A stretch of DNA of 60,030 bases, counting the filler. It is 9 parts of 9 records of this genome, joined end to end, with 100 filler letters (N's around TTAATTAATTAA, not from the genome) between each part and the next. Parts side by side here need not be neighbours in the genome. Positions count along the whole stretch, not along the records: positions 47,536 to 52,821 come from SRR31156797_87589; positions 52,922 to 60,030 come from SRR31156797_87840; 7 more parts are not named here. One strand, 5' to 3'. Made by a program: the position numbers and the translations under genes. The notes beneath the pieces were generated by a model. That model saw only the letters and a program-made list of their open reading frames with translations, did no database searches and had not been told where the DNA came from. Positions 50,341-58,556 of the stretch are shown in pieces. Position 1 is the first letter of the stretch. Each line of letters begins with the position of its first letter.

Positions 50341-51396
50341 ATGACACAAACAAAAAAACTCTCATTTTTGGATCGTTTCTTAACCCTGTGGATATTTCTT
50401 GCCATGTTTATCGGCGTTGCCGGCGGCTATTTCTATCCGGGCATCCGTAATATCATGGACCGTTTCCAGGTCGGCACAACCAATATTCCCATTGCCATCG
50501 GACTGATACTGATGATGTACCCGCCCCTTGCCAAGGTCAGGTACGAGCAACTCGGCACGGTATTCCGAAATGGAAAAATCCTGTCACTCTCACTGGCCCA
50601 GAACTGGATCGTCGGCCCCGTCCTGATGTTTTTCCTGGCCATCACCTTTCTCTCCGGCCACCATGATTATATGGTGGGCCTGATCCTCATCGGCCTTGCA
50701 CGATGCATTGCCATGGTCATCGTCTGGAATGACCTTGCCGGCGGTGATACGGAGTACTGTGCCGGACTTGTGGCATTCAACTCGATTTTCCAGGTCCTGT
50801 TTTTTTCCGCCTATGCCTATATTTTCATCACGGTGCTCTCCCAATGGTTCGGCATGGAAGGCGTTGTGGTCGATATGTCCATCGGACAGATTGCGAAAAG
50901 TGTCTTTATCTATCTGGGCATCCCGTTTATCGGGGGCATGCTGACCCGTTTCATCGGCATCAAGGCCAGGGGCGCCGAATGGTATGAAACCGAATTCATA
51001 CCTAAAATCAGCCCCATGACACTGATTGCGCTCCTGTTTACCATCCTTGTGATGTTCTCCCTCAAAGGGGAGTATATTGTGCAGCTGCCCTTTGACGTCA
51101 TCCGCATCGCGGTTCCCCTGTGCATTTATTTTGTCGCCATGTTTATCGCATCGTTTTTCATGGCCATGAAAACAGGTGCTGCCTATGAGCAGTCTGTCAC
51201 ACTCAGCTTTACAGCGGCATCCAACAATTTTGAACTGGCCATCGCCGTGGCCGTTGCCGTGTTCGGCATAGACTCGGGACAGGCCTTTGCCGCAGTAATT
51301 GGCCCCCTTGTTGAAGTCCCCGTTTTGATCGGACTTGTCCATGTGGCCCTGTGGCTCAGAAGAAAATATTTCACAGCCACGGTTAAAACCATTTAA
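50341..51396 (+). CDS. acr3: ACR3-family arsenite efflux transporter
   Basis: [46 protein letters not shown]. Confidence 0.96.
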   Translation: MTQTKKLSFLDRFLTLWIFLAMFIGVAGGYFYPGIRNIMDRFQVGTTNIPIAIGLILMMYPPLAKVRYEQLGTVFRNGKILSLSLAQNWIVGPVLMFFLAITFLSGHHDYMVGLILIGLARCIAMVIVWNDLAGGDTEYCAGLVAFNSIFQVLFFSAYAYIFITVLSQWFGMEGVVVDMSIGQIAKSVFIYLGIPFIGGMLTRFIGIKARGAEWYETEFIPKISPMTLIALLFTILVMFSLKGEYIVQLPFDVIRIAVPLCIYFVAMFIASFFMAMKTGAAYEQSVTLSFTAASNNFELAIAVAVAVFGIDSGQAFAAVIGPLVEVPVLIGLVHVALWLRRKYFTATVKTI

Positions 51397-51435
51397 CGCT
51401 ACACCAACCGAAATCCATATAATGAGGAAAAACAG

Positions 51436-51807
51436 ATGGCTCGACGAATAATTCCCATAATAGTCCTTATCGTCACACTGATCGGCGTAAACGGCGCCAT
51501 GGCCTGCCAACAACCCCCAGGCAACAGGCAGCAAACGGCCTCCATTGACACCACCCCCTACGGATGGGTCAGCACACCGAAACCGGGGAAGCATGCCTAC
51601 TGGTGGAAAACCGTCTCCATGGGAGACAAAAACAATTCCTCCTACTGGTGGACAAACATCCCAAGGAGAGGCAAGTACAATCATCCCTACTGGTGGACCA
51701 ACATATTTATCCCCCTGACAGAGGGAATCAAGACCGTCGGCTTGCATGCGCAAAGGAACCACCCCAACAGCCCCGCCGGAAAAGGTATAGACAATACCAT
51801 TCTCTGA
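51436..51807 (+). CDS. Small secreted protein with 15-aa Tyr-Trp-Trp repeats, function unknown
   Basis: RBS GAGGA, signal peptide ending GVNGAMA, CCTACTGGTGGA repeated at 51596, 51641 and 51686. Confidence 0.7.
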   Translation: MARRIIPIIVLIVTLIGVNGAMACQQPPGNRQQTASIDTTPYGWVSTPKPGKHAYWWKTVSMGDKNNSSYWWTNIPRRGKYNHPYWWTNIFIPLTEGIKTVGLHAQRNHPNSPAGKGIDNTIL

Positions 51808-51814
51808 ACCATTC

Positions 51815-51844
51815 CCGGAGGAACCTCCCCCCAGGTCCCTCCGG
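51815..51844 (+). repeat. GC-rich hairpin with C-rich loop, copy 1
   Basis: CCGGAGGAACCT-CCCCCC-AGGTCCCTCCGG directly after the stop codon. Confidence 0.7.
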
Positions 51845-51983
51845 CACTTTGTTTCAAGTAGCGGCGACTGACGGAGCGGTGATTCACCAGTTAAACCACC
51901 GGACCCGACGTGCCTCCGGACCCAATAACAGCTAAAAAAACAAGCACATAAAAAAAGTTGATGACGCAATGATTTTTTCCCCC

Positions 51984-52012
51984 TTGACAAAAGGAATCCG
52001 AAAACCTACTGT
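51984..52012 (+). promoter_or_regulatory. Sigma70 promoter for the gene at 52122
   Basis: TTGACA-N17-TACTGT; the -10 box overlaps operator copy 2. Confidence 0.65.
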
Positions 52013-52027
52013 TGTATGTACAAACAA
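52010..52027. promoter_or_regulatory. Operator-like site, copy 2 (TGTTGTATGTACAAACAA)
   Basis: Identical to 50093-50110. Confidence 0.75.
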
Positions 52028-52083
52028 CGAGATCAAAACAATATTTTAAAAACTTTTTTACACACAACCCGTATATGGCTCCT

Positions 52084-52099
52084 TTGCATGTACAAACAA
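52084..52099. promoter_or_regulatory. Operator-like site, copy 3 (TTGCATGTACAAACAA)
   Basis: One mismatch to copies 1 and 2 over 16 nt, just upstream of the RBS. Confidence 0.65.
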
Positions 52100-52121
52100 C
52101 TTTTTAAAAGGAAAATACAAC

Positions 52122-52589
52122 ATGTTCACAATCAAAACAAGCAACTCAAAAACAATTAAGCGCTCTCTGACAACCTTTATTTTCGTCATCGCCCTCACCG
52201 GTCTCACCGGCGTCAATGCATTTGCCCAGCACGACTTTAATGACGGGGTCCGGGACAGTTTGACGTTTCAGGAAAAATCGGCCCTGGTACATGACGAAAA
52301 CAAGCATCTGCAATGGTATGAACTGGCGGACAGGGTGAAGCAAATTGACCGGGCATCCTCATACACGAATCCGGAGATAATGGGGAGTGTCCGCGGGGCC
52401 CTCAGCTTTGAAGAGCAAATGGACCTGGTCAGCTGGGAGAACGATCATTTGAAATGGTATGAACTGGCGGACAGGGCCAAAGCGGCCGCCAAGACATCCC
52501 AGTACATAAAAGCGGGATTTGGGGGAAGTGTTCGCGATCATCTGGATGATCTGGAAAAGGCACAGCTGATCCAGGAAGAGAAGAATTAG
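52122..52589 (+). CDS. Small secreted protein with about 2.5 tandem 47-aa repeats, function unknown
   Basis: RBS AAGGA, signal peptide ending GVNAFA, HL.WYELADR twice; 24-bp identical DNA at 52312 and 52453. Confidence 0.82.
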   Translation: MFTIKTSNSKTIKRSLTTFIFVIALTGLTGVNAFAQHDFNDGVRDSLTFQEKSALVHDENKHLQWYELADRVKQIDRASSYTNPEIMGSVRGALSFEEQMDLVSWENDHLKWYELADRAKAAAKTSQYIKAGFGGSVRDHLDDLEKAQLIQEEKN

Positions 52590-52627
52590 CAGCGACGGAT
52601 CAGAAACACCCTCATTTTTCGCACTCG

Positions 52628-52658
52628 CCCGGAGGGACTCCCTCCTTGTCCCTCCGGG
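52628..52658 (+). repeat. GC-rich hairpin with pyrimidine loop, copy 2
   Basis: CCCGGAGGGAC-TCCCTCCTT-GTCCCTCCGGG, perfect 11-bp stem. Confidence 0.7.
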
Positions 52659-52710
52659 AAATACCATCGTTAAATTTAATTTCATCCCATTTTACCAAGG
52701 AATAAATCCC

Positions 52711-52821
52711 ATGCAGTTTTTTTCAAAACACTCCCGGTATTCCCCCCTTGCCGTATTGGTTCTTGTTACCGCACTTTTGGCGGCAGGGGGCTGGACCTAT
52801 CATGCCAGACGGGCCCAGGCC
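52711..52821 (+). CDS. N-terminal fragment of a membrane-anchored or secreted protein (absent from the ORF track)
   Basis: RBS AAGGA; MQFFSKHSRYSPLAVLVLVTALLAAGGWTYHARRAQA; open to the contig edge. Confidence 0.6.
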
Positions 52822-52921
52822 NNNNNNNNNNNNNNNNNNNNNNNNNNNNNNNNNNNNNNNNNNNNTTAATTAATTAANNNNNNNNNNNNNNNNNNNNNNN
52901 NNNNNNNNNNNNNNNNNNNNN
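52822..52921. other. Artificial contig spacer
   Basis: N44-TTAATTAATTAA-N44. Confidence 0.99.
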
Positions 52922-53395
52922 ATCTGCGACGCACTGTACAAAGCCAGTCGGGCCGGGGTAGAGGTGCGGCTCAACGTCCGCGGGATCTGTTGCCTCAGGC
53001 CCGGGGTCAAGGGCCTGTCCAGCCGCATCCACGTTCGCTCCATTGTGGATCGCTATCTCGAACACGCTCGTATCTTCTACTTCGCCAACGGGGGCCACGA
53101 GGAGGTCTATTTCAGCAGCGCCGACTGGATGAAGCGAAATCTGGACCGGAGGCTGGAACTGCTGTTTCCCATCCGGGCCCCGAAGATTCGACGTCGGCTC
53201 GTGGGGATTCTCAAGACCTACTTCAAAGACAACGTCAAGGCGTGGGAGTTGCGCAGCGACGGCAAGTACCGGCGCGTGGCCCAGAAGGGCCGGACCGTCC
53301 GGGCCCAGGAGGTATTCCACGATGCCGCCGTGGCTGCGGTGCGCTCGGCCGAGCACGCCACCCACCAGTTTCGACCGCTGAGACGTCCGAAGTAG
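52922..53395 (+). CDS. ppk1: Polyphosphate kinase 1, C-terminal fragment
   Basis: ALYKAS.AGV...[33 protein letters not shown]. Confidence 0.95.
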   Translation: MCDALYKASRAGVEVRLNVRGICCLRPGVKGLSSRIHVRSIVDRYLEHARIFYFANGGHEEVYFSSADWMKRNLDRRLELLFPIRAPKIRRRLVGILKTYFKDNVKAWELRSDGKYRRVAQKGRTVRAQEVFHDAAVAAVRSAEHATHQFRPLRRPK

Positions 53396-53513
53396 CGGTC
53401 GAAGGCCTTTTTGTGACGCGAGAGAACCCCGCACGACGATCAGCGTAAGGTGTTGTGACGTGCCACCGAATTGGGGGGCGCGCCGAAACGAGATCTCATG
53501 GAGTCAGACCGCC

Positions 53514-53672
53514 ATGCCGGCAAAGAAGTTGTGTTCACTTGTCAAGAACGGCTTGCACAAGGACGATCTCAAGGCCTACAAGGAACTCCTCCGCGACGCC
53601 AAGTATGTGTGCCGCAAGTGCGGTCGGGCGGCCGCCAAGGCGAAGTGCCTCTGCAAGTCGTCCAAGATCTGA
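53514..53672 (+). CDS. 52-aa Cys/Lys-rich putative metal-binding miniprotein
   Basis: RBS GGAG; MPAKKLC...YVCRKCGRAA..KCLCK. Confidence 0.75.
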   Translation: MPAKKLCSLVKNGLHKDDLKAYKELLRDAKYVCRKCGRAAAKAKCLCKSSKI

Positions 53673-53950
53673 ACCGGTTATCGGTCACTTTCCGCTTCCT
53701 CTTCACTTACCCCTGTGCTCCCTCGGCATCGTGGCTCCCGGCGCTGTCGGTCTGCCGTCCGGCGAACCCGCCGATAACGGCTCCGGCGACGGCCTGGAGC
53801 GACGCGTCCGCGAATCACGTGCCCGCGCTGCCTGACGTCCGTCGCGATGGCCGGAGGATCAATCCTGGGCTCGGGTGTTCTCTGATAAAGTCACCGTTCA
53901 AACTGGACGACGCATACAGTGAGAGCCACACCCACTTGGAGAGCGCTAGA

Positions 53951-54337
53951 ATGGATGACCAAAGTAATCGCCGGCAAGAGCAGAGACTTGAGTATCGATG
54001 GCCTGTATGGTTCAGCGAGGATTTCACCGAGTCGATGTCGCAGGGCCTGATGGTCGACATCTCCAGTGGTGGCATCGCCTTCGACTGTCTGCCGGACGGC
54101 ACCGGCCCTCACAAGGACCAGCACCTGACGGTTCGTTTCAGCATCCCTCGATTCGAAGGCGACGACCCCACCGCGACAGTGAGCATCACGCGCGTCGGCC
54201 ACGTCTGCCGGATCGAAGACGGCGAATCGGGCACGTATCGAGTGGCCATTCAATTCGACACGCCTCTGGCGCTGCGTCCGGCCGAGGTAACGACCCTCAA
54301 TTCCATGGTTCACAGCGGCTCCGACCCGCACGAATAG
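53951..54337 (+). CDS. Stand-alone PilZ-domain protein
   Basis: RQEQR (RxxxR) and DISSGG (DxSxxG) c-di-GMP-binding motifs. Confidence 0.88.
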   Translation: MDDQSNRRQEQRLEYRWPVWFSEDFTESMSQGLMVDISSGGIAFDCLPDGTGPHKDQHLTVRFSIPRFEGDDPTATVSITRVGHVCRIEDGESGTYRVAIQFDTPLALRPAEVTTLNSMVHSGSDPHE

Positions 54338-54653
54338 CAGACGAATTTCTCGGTTGTCCTTCGGCTTCCGTGCTGGCCACTATTTCGCTCGAGCGGATGA
54401 ATGGCCGCTCTGAGAAATGGCCTCCTCGTTGCTCTCTGTGCGATTGAAACCCGCTTTCGACCGCCCGGGTCCTGCCCCTCCGCACCCGCCCAAACTTCTT
54501 GAAGAATTAACGCGGCTTTAACATCCATTTAGCAATCAGTCCGTAGTATGCAGTGAGGCGATGGATCATTTTGTCGTTCCAGACGCCTCAGTGAAATACG
54601 GGTCGGGGCAGAGAGCCAGATCGGATCGCCGCGGCCCTGAAGGAGTTGGTCAC

Positions 54654-55211
54654 ATGGATATGTGCTTTAGTGTCTTTGAAGTGCTTGAAATTGCTGAAGA
54701 GGTCGAGCACAAAGCGGCCCGGTTCTATCTCAGGGCGGCCGAGCGATTCTCTGACTGGGACCGGCGCAACGTGTACTACAACCTGGCCTCCTGGCGGGCC
54801 AAACACGAGCAGGCTTGGGCCCGCATTCGGCAGGAATATTCGGACAACACCGGGGAATTTGGCACGTTCGACCCGGATAATTATGTGCGGTCGAATCCCC
54901 AGGTCATGGCCGGCCTTAGCTGCTTCGGCACCGATGCGAACCCGCACGTTCAGCCCACGGGGCGTGAGACCCAGGCCCAGATCGTCCGAGACGCCATCCG
55001 CCGGTCGGAAGGCGTGGCGATCTTCTATCACGGCCTGAAGGAATTCGCCTGCGATCCGGCCAGTCGCAGCATGATCGACAACATGGTCGACGAGGAAAGC
55101 CGACACGTTCGCCTGCTGAACAGGTTGTTGGATCGCGTGCAGAGTTCCGCTGCAGCGTATGCCAGTCCCGCTCTCGCGCACAGGGCGGGGAGCACGGGCG
55201 TACATGCCTAG
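54654..55211 (+). CDS. Ferritin-like/rubrerythrin-family protein
   Basis: EVLEIAEEVE...FY and RSE....FY...DEESRH helix pairs; RBS AGGAG. Confidence 0.8.
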   Translation: MDMCFSVFEVLEIAEEVEHKAARFYLRAAERFSDWDRRNVYYNLASWRAKHEQAWARIRQEYSDNTGEFGTFDPDNYVRSNPQVMAGLSCFGTDANPHVQPTGRETQAQIVRDAIRRSEGVAIFYHGLKEFACDPASRSMIDNMVDEESRHVRLLNRLLDRVQSSAAAYASPALAHRAGSTGVHA

Positions 55212-55237
55212 GCGGATTCACACGCCCTCGACCATCC

Positions 55238-56002
55238 CTAGGGATTCAGTGACAGGGTGACAATCCGGATGTCTCGGTCGAGGTCTTTGCCGGTGGCGAG
55301 AACCCGGCCTGTTTTGTCAGCCGCGACGCTGTGTCCGCCGTAAGTCATCCCACGCCAGGGGCCTTTTGAGATCTGCCCGATGAGATTGGTCCCGATCACT
55401 GGGGCACCGGTCGTTTTGGCGGTATGGGTAACCACATTCTCCAGCGCCTTGCCGTGCCCGGGCCATGCCGCTTCCTGGGCGGCGTAACCGTAAGGCACCA
55501 GCACCAGTTTGGGCTCCAGTTCGACCATCCGGGCCAGGATCTCCGCCTCATGCGTATCGGCGCAGATCAGCAGGCCGATGCGCCCGAACCGGGTCTCCGC
55601 GATGCGAACGGTTTTGCCCGGCGTATACGGTGGAGTCATCAATTCGGCCAGAATATTGATCTTGCGGTGCTTCAGGAGGATCTGGCCCTTCTCGTCGATG
55701 AGCAGGGCGGTGTCATGCAGATTGTCTCCCGCTTTCTCCGCCAGGCCGATGCTCAGATGAATCTTATGGTCCCGGGCCAGTTGGCACAACGCCTCCGAGT
55801 CTTTGCCTGGAATGGGATGGGCCCGCTGATGTGCGTCGGGATTGACCCAGCCCAGCAGGGCCATCTCCGGCAGGCAGACAATATCGGCATCGGCGCGTTT
55901 GGCCTCTTCGATCGCGTTGGCGATGCGGGCGAGGTTGCCAATGCGGTCTCCGTCGAGGCACACGATTTGACCGATGGCGATTCGTACTGTCTGCATGAGC
56001 AT
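55238..56002 (-). CDS. Carbon-nitrogen hydrolase (nitrilase superfamily)
   Basis: E-K-C triad: LPEM, HRKIN, LICAD. Confidence 0.9.
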   Translation of the reverse strand: MLMQTVRIAIGQIVCLDGDRIGNLARIANAIEEAKRADADIVCLPEMALLGWVNPDAHQRAHPIPGKDSEALCQLARDHKIHLSIGLAEKAGDNLHDTALLIDEKGQILLKHRKINILAELMTPPYTPGKTVRIAETRFGRIGLLICADTHEAEILARMVELEPKLVLVPYGYAAQEAAWPGHGKALENVVTHTAKTTGAPVIGTNLIGQISKGPWRGMTYGGHSVAADKTGRVLATGKDLDRDIRIVTLSLNP

Positions 56003-56347
56003 CTTCTCCGTCACTATTATGGGACCGTGCACGTCTGGTCCGGCCCGATCTCCAGGAAACTGCGGCCATTATACTCCCCATGGGCCTTTCTGTCGCGTGT
56101 TCGCCATTTCCGGCCTGCGTCACCGGCCGGGGACAGTTAGACGTGAATATCCTGCGGTTATGGTATATAGTCAGAGATGTGGTCGCGCAGATCCGCTGCC
56201 TGGCCCAGCGAGAATTAATGAACCGGCGCGGGTCCGCGAGCGACTAAGGGAGGGAATTGAAGGATATTGCGTCTTGCGCGTCTTCTTTGGAAGAAGGTCG
56301 TTCTTGCCTGTAGCCGGACGAGGAGGAAGACGAGAGAGGATAGAGCG

Positions 56348-57178
56348 ATGCGATGCATCAGTGAAGATCGGTCGGTTGGATATCTGGTTGTGATGGCGGT
56401 GCTCGGTGCGCTGCTCGCGGGTTCGGCGCTGGCCCAGGGCGAGCCGGTCGATCCCAATGTCCCGCCGGACGAGCCCTCGTTTGTCAAAGATGGCAAGATC
56501 GATATCGATGCGGTTGTGAAGTACTTCGAGGACCTGTACCGCTCCGATAGCAGCATCTCGGTGGCAAAGCTGATCGTCACCAAACCGCGGCGGCAGCGGA
56601 CGCTGGAGATGAAGATGTGGACCCGGGGCGAGGAGAGAGCGCTCGTTCTCATCCAATCGCCCGCGCGGGAGAAGGGGACCGCGACTCTGAAGGTCGACAA
56701 GAACCTCTGGAACTTTCTGCCCCGTATCAAGCGGACGATTCGCATCCCACCGTCGATGATGCTGGCCTCCTGGATGGGCAGTGACTTCACCAACGACGAT
56801 CTCGTCAAGGAGTCGTCGTATTCGAAGGACTACGACTATGAACTCGTCGGGCCCTCTGAAAATCCCAAAGGCTGGCGGGTTCGGTTCACGGCCAAGCCCG
56901 ACATTGTCGGTCTGTGGAACCGCTTCGAACTGGTCGTCTCCCAGGATGCGCGCATTCCCCTGACGGCGCAGTACTACGACCGCAAGGACCGTCTGGCCCG
57001 AACGCTGCACTGGTCCGACGTGAAGGTCTTCGATGGCAAGCGCATTCCGGCTCATATGACCCTGATCCCCGAGGATAAGGAAGATCACAAGACGGAAATG
57101 ATCTACCTCGATATCAAGTTCAACGTGGACGTGCCCGAGGCGACGTTCAGTCTGGCGAACCTGGAACAGAAACGATAG
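56348..57178 (+). CDS. LolA-like outer-membrane lipoprotein-sorting family protein
   Basis: Signal peptide ending ALA; SPAREKGTATLK...LWNFLP...SWMGSDFTNDDL; start uncertain. Confidence 0.85.
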   Translation: MRCISEDRSVGYLVVMAVLGALLAGSALAQGEPVDPNVPPDEPSFVKDGKIDIDAVVKYFEDLYRSDSSISVAKLIVTKPRRQRTLEMKMWTRGEERALVLIQSPAREKGTATLKVDKNLWNFLPRIKRTIRIPPSMMLASWMGSDFTNDDLVKESSYSKDYDYELVGPSENPKGWRVRFTAKPDIVGLWNRFELVVSQDARIPLTAQYYDRKDRLARTLHWSDVKVFDGKRIPAHMTLIPEDKEDHKTEMIYLDIKFNVDVPEATFSLANLEQKR

Positions 57179-57185
57179 GGACCAT

Positions 57186-57308
57186 GGAAAATCAAGAATC
57201 GAAAATCAAAGATCAAGATTGCGGAATTGCCTTCGGCAACACTGTCTAGCACTGTTCGCGCAGCGAACCCCACAGTTTTGCTTTTTGCGTTTTGATTTTT
57301 TATTTTCC
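57186..57308. repeat. Inverted heptamer-repeat element
   Basis: AAAATCA-like heptamers at 57188-57222 are roughly complementary to TTTTGAT-like heptamers at 57276-57308; two small internal hairpins. Confidence 0.65.
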
Positions 57309-57323
57309 CACGCGGTGAAAACG

Positions 57324-58556
57324 ATGCAGCTCAGCACGCTGAAAATCGGTTGGCGGAATCTCGGCCGCAATAAGAAGCGCACGGCGCTGGCCCTGCTGGC
57401 CATCGGTGTGGGCCAGTTCGCGCTGTTGGCCAGCAATGGCCTGATGCGCGGCTACGCCGACAACATTCGCCTGGCCATCACCGGGCCCATGATCGGCCAC
57501 GCTCAGGTCCACGCCCCGCAGTGGCGTGAGGAGCGGGCGCTGGATCTCTTCATCGACGACCTCTCGAGCATTCTGGGCGAGATCCGAGCCGATGAGGCCG
57601 TGGGCAGTGCCGCCGCCCGCATTTATGCCCCGGCCCTGGTCGCCCCGCAGCAAGATGCGTTCATTGCGATCGTGGTCGGAGTGGATATGGAGGTCGAATC
57701 CGAGCCCTATGGCATGCTCTCGGGTTTGGATGAGCCGCTCAAGGACAAGCACGTTCTCCTGGGACATCGTCTGGCGAGGAAAGCCGGCGCCGAGCCCGGG
57801 ATGGAGATCGCCGTGGTGGGCCAGGCGGCTGATGGCTCGCTGGCCAACGATTTGTTCATCGTCCAGGACATCATCAGTTCGCCCGTCGATCTGGTCAACC
57901 AGTCGGGTGTGGTGATGTCTCTGGCCGAGGCCCAAACGCTGCTGGTCATGCCCGACCAGGCGCACGAGATCGTGATCCGTGCGACGCAGGCGGGCCAGGC
58001 CGAAGGCATCGTCGCGCGACTCGGCCAGGACCCGGCGCTGGCGGGTCTCGAGATCAACTCGTGGATGGAGATTGTCCCCGAACTGGTGATTATTCTGAAG
58101 ACCTCCGACTATGTCGGCTACTTTGTCATCGTCATCGTATTCATCGCGGCCGTGGCCGGCATCGCCAACACGCTGATGATGGCGACGTTCGAGCGGATGC
58201 ACGAGTTTGGCATGTTGCTGGCCCTGGGCAGCCGCCCCAGGCGACTGATTCATATGATTGTTATCGAAGCGGTCTTGACGGGCATCCTCGGTGTGATCAT
58301 CGGCACGGCCCTGGGCTATCTGTTCGTTTTCGCCACCGCCGATTCGGGTATCGACATGGCCTCCTGGGGTGGCTCCGGCGAAGTCAAGGACATGGCCTAT
58401 AAGGGGCTGAACCTCCCGCTGCACGTCTTCCCCAGACTGGAGTTGTCCGACACACTGCTGGGCTTGATCGCGGTGCTGTTCACGTCGCTGGTGGCGTCGA
58501 TCTGGCCCGCCTGGACGGCGGCTCGACTGGAACCGATGGAGGCGATGCGCGCATGA
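57324..58556 (+). CDS. LolC/E-MacB-type ABC permease
   Basis: WRNLGRNKKRT, ERMHEFGMLLALG, PAWTAARLEPMEAMR. Confidence 0.92.
   Translation: MQLSTLKIGWRNLGRNKKRTALALLAIGVGQFALLASNGLMRGYADNIRLAITGPMIGHAQVHAPQWREERALDLFIDDLSSILGEIRADEAVGSAAARIYAPALVAPQQDAFIAIVVGVDMEVESEPYGMLSGLDEPLKDKHVLLGHRLARKAGAEPGMEIAVVGQAADGSLANDLFIVQDIISSPVDLVNQSGVVMSLAEAQTLLVMPDQAHEIVIRATQAGQAEGIVARLGQDPALAGLEINSWMEIVPELVIILKTSDYVGYFVIVIVFIAAVAGIANTLMMATFERMHEFGMLLALGSRPRRLIHMIVIEAVLTGILGVIIGTALGYLFVFATADSGIDMASWGGSGEVKDMAYKGLNLPLHVFPRLELSDTLLGLIAVLFTSLVASIWPAWTAARLEPMEAMRA

Noticed and set aside
51596-51697. 12-bp repeats at a 45-bp period as a mini-CRISPR
   Set aside because: The repeats are too short, in frame within a coding sequence, and no cas genes are present.
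50590-51990. 466-aa minus-strand ORF with PPVG repeats
   Set aside because: Antisense to acr3 and to the YWW-repeat gene. The PPVG repeats mirror the CCTACTGGTGG repeat, and the plus-strand gene has the RBS and signal peptide.
6631-52921. Eight regularly recurring TTAATTAATTAA motifs flanked by N runs, resembling a repeat array
   Set aside because: Identical 100-nt synthetic linkers with six-frame stops used to join contigs. They are not biological, and ORFs that include X residues or end in them are truncated or artefactual.
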